The notes beneath the pieces are model-generated. The model worked only from the letters and a program-made list of their open reading frames with translations, ran no database searches and was not told where the DNA came from. Shown piece after piece: positions 40,925 to 51,116 of a stretch of 64,000 bases of DNA (positions within the stretch are counted from its first letter, which is position 1; the number at the start of each line of letters is the position of its first letter). The stretch spans positions 32,001-96,000 of IMG/VR virus record IMGVR_UViG_3300003690_002850; one strand, given 5' to 3'. The position numbers and the translations under genes were made by a program. The stretch comes from a virus.

Positions 40925-42144
40925 ATTCCGTTTAAGCGATTAAGATTTTTTCTTTTTGGATGACCGTATGGGAATGAATATAATTCAGTGTAAAAGTTAA
41001 TATTATCTTCCATCCATCGAGACTTCATATAATCTCGAGCTCGTTTTACTTCTTTTGTATATTTTTTATAATCGTTAGTTAGATATTCTATTTTGCTTAC
41101 TAAATCATCTCCAGTTTTAAACTTATGAAACGCAGTACTATACGTACATAAATCTTGACAAATAGTCGGAATACCTAATGCACATCCTTCAATAAATTTT
41201 AAATCACTCTTTGCTTTATTAAAATTACTATCTTCTAATGGAGCATAAAACACTGTAGGATTCATCCTGTTTATATATTCAGGATAATCTACTAAATTAG
41301 TCCATTCGTGATATTCGATCTTTTTTTGTTGAATTAAATCTCTTAAAGTTAATGGAAAACCACCTACGAATACCCATTGAAATTTATCTACTGTTTTTCT
41401 TATTGTATCATTAATGTGATAAAAATCATCCTTTTGTTTAATTCTATTTTCAATATCAAAATGTGCACCGCTCCCGCAATAAACTACTCGAGGTCTCTTT
41501 TTATTTCTCTGATAATTATCTTTAACTTTTGCCAGGTCAAAATATCTATCCATCCAAAGTTTTGGAATAAAATTAGGTACTACTGTTACATGCTTGTTGC
41601 CAGTTTTTTCAATATAATAATCTTGCATGAATTTATTAGTTACAGTAATTTCATCGCATAACTGCATGATCTCCATACTTGTTTGTCTTATCTTTGGATC
41701 CTCGAATGCAAATCTAAATTTATTATAATGAGGTATATCTTCTTTAAATATTATATCGTCTATTTCATATATAATTTTAAAATTAAGTTCTTTAGATAGT
41801 TCACTTAACCACTTTATATAATTTGCTTGAGATTCAGTTGCTTGTCGTTGAATTCGAACTGTTTTAACTCCCTGGTAAAAGTTCTTATCTCCAATCATTA
41901 CAGTACCACCTTGTATGTTTGCTTTACCGTAGCAATTAAGTAATAACTCTGGCCAGATCATTCTCCAGTGTCCACACCCTGAATAGTCTGCGTAAAAGTT
42001 TAAACCTCGAGGTAGATCTGGCGCTTGATGGCTAGATTTTCCGGTCATGGTTTGATGCGCTGGTCGTGGTAAGGTGAGAGCTGGATTCCCGATTAGTGGG
42101 GGAGCAAATGGGAGTCGATTGATATGATGAAAGGGTGTGATCAC
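40918..42144 (-). CDS. GT-B fold glycosyltransferase (GT4-like)
   Basis: SGCGHWRM, IYEIDD, VVPNF, APLEDSNFNKAKSDLKFIE. Confidence 0.8.
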   Translation of the reverse strand: MITPFHHINRLPFAPPLIGNPALTLPRPAHQTMTGKSSHQAPDLPRGLNFYADYSGCGHWRMIWPELLLNCYGKANIQGGTVMIGDKNFYQGVKTVRIQRQATESQANYIKWLSELSKELNFKIIYEIDDIIFKEDIPHYNKFRFAFEDPKIRQTSMEIMQLCDEITVTNKFMQDYYIEKTGNKHVTVVPNFIPKLWMDRYFDLAKVKDNYQRNKKRPRVVYCGSGAHFDIENRIKQKDDFYHINDTIRKTVDKFQWVFVGGFPLTLRDLIQQKKIEYHEWTNLVDYPEYINRMNPTVFYAPLEDSNFNKAKSDLKFIEGCALGIPTICQDLCTYSTAFHKFKTGDDLVSKIEYLTNDYKKYTKEVKRARDYMKSRWMEDNINFYTELYSFPYGHPKRKNLNRLNGIS

Positions 42145-42159
42145 TATATAGATTTATTG

Positions 42160-43980
42160 CTAATTATTAGATAAATCCACACGAGTAGTAATACTATTCT
42201 TCTTTTCTAGAATAATAACTTCACCAGAGGCAGCTTTAACTGATTCTTTTCTATGAGAAATAACATATATACTCTCATTATGCTCATCGACTCGTTCTTT
42301 AATTATATTTAACACTAATTCTACTCCCTTTTCATCTAATGAACTATCTAACAGTTCATCAAACATTAATAAATTATATGCTACGTCACCTTGTAGTCTT
42401 CTCATGTCTATAAATGTAAACAGAATAGCAAGATCTATATTCTTTCTCTCTGCGCCGGAAAAATTAAAATAAGAGCATTCTTCGTTTTTTTCATTTACGA
42501 TCTCTTCTTCAAAATATTCATTAAACCTACAAATACAATTTGCATCCATTTTTTGTAAATAGTATAATAAACGTTTATTTAAAACATCTAAAATCTTTTT
42601 TACGATAAATGATTTTACACCTTCTTCTGATAAGATGTATTTTACTACTTCTAAAATTTCTAAATCTGAATGTATATTGTCTGATGTTTCTTGTAATTCA
42701 TTTACTTCTTTTATTTTAACTTTTAATTTATTATCTAGTTCATTTACTTCTAAATTAGTTTCTTTTTTTATTACTTCTTGTAATTCATTTTTATTTTTAT
42801 TAAGATCATTTTTAAGACTATCAATATATGCAGCGGTTATTTTATTATTATTATGAACTGTTTTTACGGTGGAGACGTAGTTGTTAAGTTGCGATTCCGC
42901 CGTAATACTATTTTCTTTTAAATTAATAATGTTTTTTTGTTGTTGTAATAAACTTTCAATATCTTGTTCGCAATTATCAATATCTTTTTTAATTTTATCT
43001 TTCTCTTGTTCTATATGATCTCTATCTTTGCTTGTAATTTGTCGTAGGCATATTGGACAATTATCATCATCTGTACCAATATTTGAGGTTTGTTTATTAT
43101 AGAATTTTATTTCAGTTTGATGTTCTGTAATTTTATTTGAAGTAGTATCTAGCTGGGTTTGTATATCTTTTAATTTATTTTTTATAAAATCTAATTTTTC
43201 TTTACTTTTATTATATAAATCTTTGTTTATATTTTTAATTTTTGTTTTGTTTTGTTCTATATCTTTGTTTATAATTTTTATTCTATCATTAATTTTATCT
43301 TTTTGTTCAATAATGTTAGTTAAAATTTTATCTTTTTGATCTTGAAGAAGCTTAAAAATATTAGTTGCATGGTCAAAATCTTTTGTAATATGTTCATACT
43401 TTTTTTGTACATTGTTATATTCAGATCGAGCACTTAAAAGCATCTCAGAAAATATTTCTAAATTTAAAATACCTTCAATAAATTTTCTTTTTTCAACCTT
43501 TTTTTGTGCCATAAAAGGTAATGTAGTGTTAAGCGACATTATAACACAATTTTGAAAAACTTCCGGTGAACAGCTAAGTATACTCTTTATTTTTTTACTA
43601 GTATTAGGTATAGTGCTTTCAGTTACGTCTGTATCATTAATATACAGGTAACACTTTGTAGGTTTTAGCTTACGTACAATTCGATAATTATTTGTTTTAT
43701 TATTTTCATTTATTGAAAAATGTAACTCTACATATGTATTTTTTTTGTTTACAGAATTTACAATAAAATCTTTTGAGACCTCTCGTATTGTTTCACCAAA
43801 AATAGCAAAATGTATAGCATCGGCAATCGTCGACTTACCAACACCGTTTCTTCTATCTTCTTTATCTCTATTAACACCAGTGATTATGTTTAATCCTGTT
43901 TGAAAATTAATTTCAATTGGCTTTTTACCTACTGATAGAAAGTTACTAATTTTTATTGTGTTAAAATTTATATACTTCAT
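42160..43980 (-). CDS. Recombination ATPase subunit (gp46/Rad50-like)
   Basis: NFLSVG, NGVGKST, CPIC hook, FSGAE, DELLDSSLD, ISH. Confidence 0.94.
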   Translation of the reverse strand: MKYINFNTIKISNFLSVGKKPIEINFQTGLNIITGVNRDKEDRRNGVGKSTIADAIHFAIFGETIREVSKDFIVNSVNKKNTYVELHFSINENNKTNNYRIVRKLKPTKCYLYINDTDVTESTIPNTSKKIKSILSCSPEVFQNCVIMSLNTTLPFMAQKKVEKRKFIEGILNLEIFSEMLLSARSEYNNVQKKYEHITKDFDHATNIFKLLQDQKDKILTNIIEQKDKINDRIKIINKDIEQNKTKIKNINKDLYNKSKEKLDFIKNKLKDIQTQLDTTSNKITEHQTEIKFYNKQTSNIGTDDDNCPICLRQITSKDRDHIEQEKDKIKKDIDNCEQDIESLLQQQKNIINLKENSITAESQLNNYVSTVKTVHNNNKITAAYIDSLKNDLNKNKNELQEVIKKETNLEVNELDNKLKVKIKEVNELQETSDNIHSDLEILEVVKYILSEEGVKSFIVKKILDVLNKRLLYYLQKMDANCICRFNEYFEEEIVNEKNEECSYFNFSGAERKNIDLAILFTFIDMRRLQGDVAYNLLMFDELLDSSLDEKGVELVLNIIKERVDEHNESIYVISHRKESVKAASGEVIILEKKNSITTRVDLSNN

Positions 43981-43983
43981 ACA

Positions 43984-45030
43984 CTATGAAAACTGATTAT
44001 ATAAATGCACAGTTTTGTTTATTACTTTTTCTTTATTATCTATATCTAAAGAGTCTACATATTCTATAATACATTGCTTGACATTCAAGTCGCCGAGTTC
44101 GTTTGTTAGTTCAATATTATCGCCAATATTAAATTTCTGTAAATAATCTGTTACTAAAGAAAATGGTGCTTCAAAATTTATAGATGCAATTATTTTATCG
44201 ATTAAATTTGTTTTTATATCTTTATCTATAATAATTTTTATAGCTAACTTGGCCCAACCTATTTTTTTTGCTATAGCTTTTAATTTTTCAAGTTCACTTA
44301 AGTTTACTTTTACATGTATGGGGGATATTTTGTTATCGATAAAGGTATATTTTATGTTTTGTTCATTAAAATCAAATATATAAAACCCTTTCTGATCCTG
44401 AATGTCATTAAAGTCCATTTGAAATGGGTTTCCAACATAAATTATCTCTCCATTTGAGTATTTCCGGCGTTGTCGTTTATGGAAATGACCAGATACTATG
44501 AGTTTAGACTTCATAAGTAAGTCGCATGACTGAATACCTGCCTCACATACCTTAAAACTATTAAAATTAAAATTTTCAATTTCAAAATGCCCAACTAATA
44601 AGTCACATTCTGGAATTTTATCTATATTTGTACCCCACGGACAGAAGCCAACCTGCTTATTAAAGATGGTTTGTACGATTGGCTTATCAAGGATGGTAAT
44701 ATTTTTTCTATTATTTAAAATAGATAATGAATGTACGTTAGAATTGTCCTTATAATAAGCGTCATGATTACCGGGAATCATAATTATTTCAAACTCATTA
44801 AATAAGTCTAATACATCATTAGCAAAATGTAGAGATTTTACATTTATTTCATCTCGATAATGAAAAAAGTCACCTCCAAAAAACAAATTAGTAATATTTT
44901 GTTCTTTTAGTTCGTTTGTGAACCATTTTGCCCATTCTAAAGTAACATCATGCCACTTTTCACTATTTTGATGTATGCCAATATGTAAATCAGAAAAGAA
45001 TCCGATTTTTTGATTGTTTTCGGCTACCAT
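43984..45030 (-). CDS. Recombination nuclease subunit (gp47/Mre11-like)
   Basis: SDLHIG, GDFF, GNHD, GHFE, SGHFH. Confidence 0.94.
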   Translation of the reverse strand: MVAENNQKIGFFSDLHIGIHQNSEKWHDVTLEWAKWFTNELKEQNITNLFFGGDFFHYRDEINVKSLHFANDVLDLFNEFEIIMIPGNHDAYYKDNSNVHSLSILNNRKNITILDKPIVQTIFNKQVGFCPWGTNIDKIPECDLLVGHFEIENFNFNSFKVCEAGIQSCDLLMKSKLIVSGHFHKRQRRKYSNGEIIYVGNPFQMDFNDIQDQKGFYIFDFNEQNIKYTFIDNKISPIHVKVNLSELEKLKAIAKKIGWAKLAIKIIIDKDIKTNLIDKIIASINFEAPFSLVTDYLQKFNIGDNIELTNELGDLNVKQCIIEYVDSLDIDNKEKVINKTVHLYNQFS

Positions 45031-45470
45031 TATGTATATAATTCTCGGTCGTAGTCTTTAACTGGTTGCCTATTTACTATTTCTTCATCTCGAGCTAGCT
45101 GTCCGTATACTTGTTCTTGATAATCACTAATTGTGTCTCTGTATTTCTTTTCTTTCTTTATTCTATTAATAAATGCATGATAGGCAATAGTAGTAAAATA
45201 TGAAAATGGATTTGATGGAGAATCTATTCTAAATTTTTTGTTGTTTACTGCTGCTATCATTTTTACAACAGCATCACCAATCATTTCATCTTTATAGCTA
45301 TAATTTATAAAGTTAGGAGAATAACTTAAACCAACAGCAATTTTATAAACAGACATAGCTAAATCATCGATTAAGTCATCTGTTTTATAATAATCTGTTA
45401 ATTGTTGTAAAAATTCCTTCGGATTAACGTAATATGTTTTTTTATTTTTCTTTTTTGTTTTTGGTTTCAT
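45030..45470 (-). CDS. Late transcription sigma factor (gp55-like)
   Basis: YVNPKEF, PNFINYSYKDEMIGDA, NPFSYFTTIAYHAFINRIKKEKK. Confidence 0.93.
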   Translation of the reverse strand: MKPKTKKKNKKTYYVNPKEFLQQLTDYYKTDDLIDDLAMSVYKIAVGLSYSPNFINYSYKDEMIGDAVVKMIAAVNNKKFRIDSPSNPFSYFTTIAYHAFINRIKKEKKYRDTISDYQEQVYGQLARDEEIVNRQPVKDYDRELYT

Positions 45471-46893
45471 AATACTGCGTAAAAATATAATTTATATGCT
45501 CGCTGTCATATAATGATAGGCGCTGCTCCATGTGCCGTTGACCATAGCGTAAGTTATCAGCAACGTCAAAGATTATAAGCTCTTTTTTATCAGAATGCAA
45601 TCGTAGGCCGCGGCCTATGCTTTGTATTATTTTTATTTTTGCTTTTCCGCCACCGGCGAACATTATATAATGTAAATTTTTTATATTAATACCTGTAGAA
45701 AATATTTTAGAAATAGCGACAACTATTATATTATTCTGTTCTTCCATTAATGTTTGTATTTTTTTACGCTCAGCTACCTCTACTTCTCCTTGAATAAAAT
45801 ATACTTGTTTAGTTTTACAAATATCTTTTAATGTATTAAGCAATAATTCACCATGCGCAATATAGTCGATTAATATTAACGCGTTCCTATCTAATTTATT
45901 TGAAAGCTTTGCTAATAAATTATTTCTAAAGCAATTATTGCGTATAAATTCATTTTCTTGCAAGTAGTACGCGTTAGAGTTGTTTCCATGATATATTTGT
46001 GAAGATGGTGTGTCGTAATTTAGTTCTAATACGTGTACTTTTGCGGGTACGACATACTTTTCGTTTCTTAATTCATAAGCTTTTTTTTCAAATAATTGCG
46101 GTCCTATCTTTCCAAAAATATTCCACTTGTCTAATAAATCGTCAGGTAACGTGCCAGTAAAGCCAAAGCGGTGTGAGGTAGTGATTTTTTTGAGAATGTT
46201 ATTTATCTTATTACCTCTTCTTACTTTATGTACTTCATCTACTATTAAAAAATCAATATGCTCTATCCACGAGATATCTTGCTTTGAGCTTTGTAGTATA
46301 CCTAAATTAGCTATAATAATATTACGAGATAGTATTAATTCATCCTTCCCAGTATATTTGGTTGTAGAAAACGATACACCATATTGCTCGAAGTCATATA
46401 TTGTTTGATTTACTAATCCTAAATCAGGCACAATAACTAAGCCCTTAAAGTTTTTACTATAGTTTTTATAATAAAATTCTAACAAGCCAGCCATAGTTAA
46501 GGTTTTGCCGCCGGCGGTTGCTAATATTATTGTTCCGCGACCTATGTCAATACATTTATTAATTATATCTTGTTGATACTCTCTGTATTCTAAATTTAAA
46601 TTATAATCAATAATATTATCTTTACGTAATGTAGGTACTAATGAATTTTTTATTTCTTTTGAAAAATTAATTTCTATATTTTTTATTTTGCAAACCTTTG
46701 CAATTTCTATTAATAATCCAATATCAGATTTACCTTGTTGAGTAATTGCGTATGTTCGCTGAGGAACAAACCGGCCGAATCTTCTTTGAAAATAAGCTGC
46801 TTCGTTTTTTACACTAAAATGCTCTCTGATAATATCTAATTCAGGACCCTCTAACATAGCTTGAGAGTTTGAGCGTAATGTAATATTAATCAT
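45442..46893 (-). CDS. uvsW: UvsW helicase
   Basis: REYQ, TAGGKT, DEVH, GFTGT, STGINIKNL, QSIGRGLR. Confidence 0.94.
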   Translation of the reverse strand: MINITLRSNSQAMLEGPELDIIREHFSVKNEAAYFQRRFGRFVPQRTYAITQQGKSDIGLLIEIAKVCKIKNIEINFSKEIKNSLVPTLRKDNIIDYNLNLEYREYQQDIINKCIDIGRGTIILATAGGKTLTMAGLLEFYYKNYSKNFKGLVIVPDLGLVNQTIYDFEQYGVSFSTTKYTGKDELILSRNIIIANLGILQSSKQDISWIEHIDFLIVDEVHKVRRGNKINNILKKITTSHRFGFTGTLPDDLLDKWNIFGKIGPQLFEKKAYELRNEKYVVPAKVHVLELNYDTPSSQIYHGNNSNAYYLQENEFIRNNCFRNNLLAKLSNKLDRNALILIDYIAHGELLLNTLKDICKTKQVYFIQGEVEVAERKKIQTLMEEQNNIIVVAISKIFSTGINIKNLHYIMFAGGGKAKIKIIQSIGRGLRLHSDKKELIIFDVADNLRYGQRHMEQRLSLYDSEHINYIFTQYYETKNKKEK

Positions 46894-47294
46894 TGAGTTT
46901 CAAGCTTCATTAATTCGACTAAATTTTTTATATCATTTGTCGCAAAGCTTATATTTTTGTATATATTTTCTAAGAAGCTAATAATAAGTACTTCGTTTTG
47001 AATTTTTGAATCTATAGCTTTTATTTCTTTTTTATTTTGAACCGCCTTTTCTGCAATAGATCTATTTACGCGTACTGGTTCATCTTCTTGATACTTAGTT
47101 ATATATCCCTCGAGGAGAGATGATCGATCAGATTTAAATCTATTTAAATTAATTTTATGATTAATTAATCTGGCGGACCATTTATGTTTATTAGAAATCA
47201 ATCGTTCTTGAGTGGAAGTAACTTCTAATCGATCTAAATTTGTATCAATACTCGCCTCTTTAAGGTATTGATTGATAATATTACCAATCTCCAT
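46890..47294 (-). CDS. uvsY: Recombination mediator (UvsY-like)
   Basis: Helical 134-aa protein (KHKWS...FLENIYKNI...IKNLVE) adjacent to uvsW. Confidence 0.7.
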   Translation of the reverse strand: MEIGNIINQYLKEASIDTNLDRLEVTSTQERLISNKHKWSARLINHKINLNRFKSDRSSLLEGYITKYQEDEPVRVNRSIAEKAVQNKKEIKAIDSKIQNEVLIISFLENIYKNISFATNDIKNLVELMKLETQ

Positions 47295-47300
47295 TTATTT

Positions 47301-47330
47301 ATTATAGTATATTTATGTAGAAATCAACTA
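47301..47330 (-). promoter_or_regulatory. Sigma70-like promoter of the uvsY-uvsW-55-47-46 operon
   Basis: TAGTTGATTT with TTGATT-N15-TATAAT, 6 nt before ATG 47294. Confidence 0.65.
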
Positions 47331-47339
47331 AATAATTAT

Positions 47340-47567
47340 ATGCCGCTTAATTTATTTGATCAAGTAGTTACACAATTATTAAATGATAACACTGTTGACT
47401 CGGCTGGGCTAGGTCAAGGCACAGGTGAGTATAATAGTGGAGATACATATCAACCAGGTGATGCGAGAATACCCAATGTATTAGGTGCTACTATAAAACG
47501 CAAAGGTAAGGTAAAGAAAAAGCGTACGCTTAAGCGTAAAAAGAAAAAACTTGCAAGGTCTAGCTAA
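47340..47567 (+). CDS. Hypothetical protein with basic C-terminus
   Basis: ATG 47340, 5 nt after TAAATA; YQPGDARIP motif. Confidence 0.6.
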   Translation: MPLNLFDQVVTQLLNDNTVDSAGLGQGTGEYNSGDTYQPGDARIPNVLGATIKRKGKVKKKRTLKRKKKKLARSS

Positions 47568-47585
47568 GTGATAAGTAATTATATA

Positions 47586-48101
47586 ATGCCTAGTGCAGCC
47601 AAACAAAAAGGTAATAGCTGGGAGCGAGAAGTCGCAAAAGATCTAAGTGAGACGTTTAATGAGAATTTTATTAGAGTTCCAAACTCCGGAGCCTATACTG
47701 GAGGCGCTAATTTTCACCGACTTGATCGATTAACGGAAGATCAAAAGCGTATGATGGATGGAGATATTATGGTACCTCCGTGTATGTCTTCCTTTAAGAT
47801 CGAGTGTAAAAGCTATAAGACATTTGATTATCATAAATTATTCACTAATAATTTAACTTTAAATAAATGGATTAAACAAGCTGAAAGTGAAGACAATTGG
47901 TTTTTAGTTATTAAAGTAACTCGTAAAGGTAGTTATATTTTATTTCCAACAAACTTATCACATTATTTCCGATATAAAAACTACTTGCGTTATACTAGCA
48001 AATATATTATAATTAGTTACACGGATTTTTGGAAGAACAATGCAGATAAAATTAGACAACTTAACGAAAAACACACATCTAAGCCCGAGTCACTCATATA
48101 G
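47586..48101 (+). CDS. Holliday junction resolvase-like PD-(D/E)xK nuclease
   Basis: KQKGNSWEREVAKDL, SGA, GDI, IECK. Confidence 0.8.
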   Translation: MPSAAKQKGNSWEREVAKDLSETFNENFIRVPNSGAYTGGANFHRLDRLTEDQKRMMDGDIMVPPCMSSFKIECKSYKTFDYHKLFTNNLTLNKWIKQAESEDNWFLVIKVTRKGSYILFPTNLSHYFRYKNYLRYTSKYIIISYTDFWKNNADKIRQLNEKHTSKPESLI

Positions 48102-48600
48102 GTTACCTAATTCGCTCTTTAATATTATTAATTTTACTCCGGTAATAGAGCATATTCATAATTCGTCTATAGATAAAGTATCTGAATTTGACAATGAATT
48201 AAAATTTAATAATAAACAGCATAAAAAATATATATTTCATTATTTTATACACTATACCTGCGAGGTATTAAAGAGTTATAATAATAAGAAGAAGCCTGTG
48301 ATATATTTTGATACTGCTAATACGCTCAATGAAAAATATATTCCTTTTTTAGATGTTTTTACTAAAAAATTCCCGGTTATTGTAATACGTGGACCACTGT
48401 CTTTTACAGGTTTTAAGAAAAAACTTAAATGTGATGGTTTTGCAGCGGAGCTAATTGTAGTGTTAATGAGAAGACTTACTAAGATACAAACCGGTAAGTT
48501 TTATTTTAGTAAATTACAATATTTCTGTAAACACTATGAATTGACATTTTTAGATAAAACATATTTCAATGATATAAGAAATAAGCTTTCGTTGCTATAA
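48040..48600 (+). CDS. Hypothetical protein
   Basis: 186-aa ORF; start uncertain. Confidence 0.55.
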   Translation: MQIKLDNLTKNTHLSPSHSYRLPNSLFNIINFTPVIEHIHNSSIDKVSEFDNELKFNNKQHKKYIFHYFIHYTCEVLKSYNNKKKPVIYFDTANTLNEKYIPFLDVFTKKFPVIVIRGPLSFTGFKKKLKCDGFAAELIVVLMRRLTKIQTGKFYFSKLQYFCKHYELTFLDKTYFNDIRNKLSLL

Positions 48601-48609
48601 ATAATTAAA

Positions 48610-49779
48610 ATGAGTAGGTTTCTTAAAAAAATTGCTGAATTGACTAATAATGATGATGGAGCTACCTCAGATCCACGAGACGCGGCAACAACCGCTGCCC
48701 AGAATAAAAAAGATAAGGGTGACAAACTTACTCCTGGAGAATTAAAGTTACTCCGTTCAAAGGAGGAAAAACTTGCCGCAGCAACAGATAAAAATAACCA
48801 AGCCGCTGCTGCAATAAGAAATATAAAGGCCTCAACAACCGTCGATGGTGAAGCGCTTACAGAGCAAGGCCCGGACGAGTTTGTTCCAAGACAAGGTCCG
48901 CCAGCTGGTGGTGAGTTTGAACCAGCAATTCCTCCACCTGGTATTGGAGCACCTCCTATTCCACCTGTTGTTGAGCCGGCTGAACCGTTAACAACAGAAG
49001 GAGAAACGTTTTTAGTGAACCTCGCTCGTAAGGCACTACATATTGATTTATCTGACGTGTTGTTATCAGACGCAGAAAGAGAGCTTGTTAATAAGGATGC
49101 TGTGCCGGAAAATTCTAAAAAGGTTGCTAAGGTTGTACGTAGAATAATCGTTGATCAAGGATTAAGTGAAGGGTTTGTGTCTAAGGCTGATGTTGTTCTT
49201 GAAGACTTGTTAAAAAAAAACGATAGAGTAGTCGTTCTTGTTCCCGGTAGCTTTAAACCACCACATAAAGGTCATTATGAAATGGTCAAACAATATAGTG
49301 AAACTTATCCTGATGGTCATGTTCATGTTTTAATTTCTGCTCCATCTGCTAAAAGTGAGAGAAAGACTAAAGATGGTAGAATAATTACTCCAACTGCTGC
49401 TGCTCAAATTTTTGAATTATATGTTGAACCTCTTAATAATGTAACAGTAAGTATTTCTGAGTATCCTTCACCAGTAACAGCTGCATATGAATCTCTCAAG
49501 ACATTAGATTCAGGAACAACGGTTGTACTGGGTGCTAGTAATAAAGATAATGACTGGAAGCGTTGGTCGTATGCACAGCAATGGGCAGAAAAGGAAGAAT
49601 TAGGTTTAAATATTCTCGATCCAGCAGAGACTGCTGTTGATGTTACTATAGACGCCACTGGCCTGCCTTATAGCGCCGGTAATATTAGAGATAATTTTGA
49701 TGACTTTGATCTGATACGGAATGATATTCCAGATCACGTTGACCTGGATCAAATTAAACAAGTATTTGATTCATTATGA
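48610..49779 (+). CDS. Cytidylyltransferase-like (HxGH) protein with long N-terminal extension
   Basis: PGSFKPPHKGH in the C-terminal half, SAGNIR; TATAAATA at 48596-48603. Confidence 0.75.
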   Translation: MSRFLKKIAELTNNDDGATSDPRDAATTAAQNKKDKGDKLTPGELKLLRSKEEKLAAATDKNNQAAAAIRNIKASTTVDGEALTEQGPDEFVPRQGPPAGGEFEPAIPPPGIGAPPIPPVVEPAEPLTTEGETFLVNLARKALHIDLSDVLLSDAERELVNKDAVPENSKKVAKVVRRIIVDQGLSEGFVSKADVVLEDLLKKNDRVVVLVPGSFKPPHKGHYEMVKQYSETYPDGHVHVLISAPSAKSERKTKDGRIITPTAAAQIFELYVEPLNNVTVSISEYPSPVTAAYESLKTLDSGTTVVLGASNKDNDWKRWSYAQQWAEKEELGLNILDPAETAVDVTIDATGLPYSAGNIRDNFDDFDLIRNDIPDHVDLDQIKQVFDSL

Positions 49780-50420
49780 TATCATTTAAACGATTTGTTT
49801 TAGAAGGTAACTGGGCTACTGGCCAAACGCCAGGTGATTCAGGTGAAATGCTCAACATGTTGAGTGGTGATGTATATCCAGAAGTAACAAAAGGGTGGTA
49901 TAACGACGATGGTCGTGACAGACCTATGGTACTATTAGATTTACCAAAAGGAAAATTAGCGTTTTACCAATCATCAGAGGGTACTAGTGGAAAGGAAGCT
50001 GGAGATTGGTATCCTTTTTTTGGAATAGGGAGTCAGGGGTATATAATAAAAGGCGAGGTTAGTAAAATGAATACAGGATATAATCAGCCTCAAATTAAAG
50101 AAATAATGAATACATTAAACTCATATTATCCTCCTGTGAATTCAAATAAATTAGACGTAACGTTATTTCGGAATGGTGTTGATGGGACGGATATATCAAA
50201 ACAGGCTTACGGAGAAAACCAATTTCTTGATATTAGAGAAATTAGTGCACAAGACGTAGGGAAAGAGTTTTTTGAGAGTAATGTTGTAAATTTTATAAAG
50301 CATATATATGATATTTTAACTAACCTAGGGTTTACTGTTAGTCCTGAGGATATTGTTAAATTTAAACCTGACAATAGGGAATTTTGGCTGGGCAAGTTGA
50401 ATGCAGTTGGTGTTTCCTGA
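49776..50420 (+). CDS. Hypothetical protein, possible internal head protein
   Basis: N-terminus MISFKRFVLE resembles a T4 capsid-targeting sequence. Confidence 0.55.
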   Translation: MISFKRFVLEGNWATGQTPGDSGEMLNMLSGDVYPEVTKGWYNDDGRDRPMVLLDLPKGKLAFYQSSEGTSGKEAGDWYPFFGIGSQGYIIKGEVSKMNTGYNQPQIKEIMNTLNSYYPPVNSNKLDVTLFRNGVDGTDISKQAYGENQFLDIREISAQDVGKEFFESNVVNFIKHIYDILTNLGFTVSPEDIVKFKPDNREFWLGKLNAVGVS

Positions 50421-51074
50421 TTAGGAACATTTTAAATCTCTTACAAAATTATAAAATTCCTGTCTTGTAAGATCAGTTTTATCTAAAAATGCTCCTGACA
50501 TTCTAGCAGTTTTCATTGTACTGTCATGCTTAACGCCTCTTACACAAGCACACATATGATTAGCTTCTACTAATACTGCTACACCATTATTTTCATCACA
50601 TACTTTATCTATATGTGTATGGATTTGCATAGTTAGATTTTCTTGTACCTGAGGGCGTCTCGCAAACCACTCAACGATTCTATTCAATTTACTTAATCCA
50701 ATTACCTTTCCATCTCTTCCCGGTATATATGCTACATGCGCAACACCTATAAACGGTAAATGATGATGAGAGCAAAAGGAATGTACTGTAATATTACCTT
50801 GAAATACAATTCCATCATACTTATCAATATTATCGAATGCAGTAATTTTAGGAGGTTCCGTATAGCATCCTTCTGCTAAGTCATTTACAAATGCTTTTGC
50901 TACTCTTAAGGGTGTATTTGAGCTATTAGGATCATTTCTCCAATCAAACCCTAGGGCATCCATATATCCCTCGTACGCTATAGCGGCATTATTGATTATA
51001 TATTCTTTTTCCTCGTCGGTTCGCGGTCGATTTTGATTAGCGTATTGAAGTAAAACCTCACTCATATGAATCAT
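50421..51074 (-). CDS. folE: GTP cyclohydrolase I (likely start 51065)
   Basis: [37 protein letters not shown]. Confidence 0.95.
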   Translation of the reverse strand: MIHMSEVLLQYANQNRPRTDEEKEYIINNAAIAYEGYMDALGFDWRNDPNSSNTPLRVAKAFVNDLAEGCYTEPPKITAFDNIDKYDGIVFQGNITVHSFCSHHHLPFIGVAHVAYIPGRDGKVIGLSKLNRIVEWFARRPQVQENLTMQIHTHIDKVCDENNGVAVLVEANHMCACVRGVKHDSTMKTARMSGAFLDKTDLTRQEFYNFVRDLKCS

Positions 51075-51103
51075 TATAACGTATTTGAATTATAAATCAA
51101 CTT
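51073..51103 (-). promoter_or_regulatory. Sigma70-like promoter of folE
   Basis: AAGTTGATTT with TTGATT-N16-TATAAT, 7 nt before ATG 51065. Confidence 0.65.
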
Positions 51104-51116
51104 AATAAATAATTAT

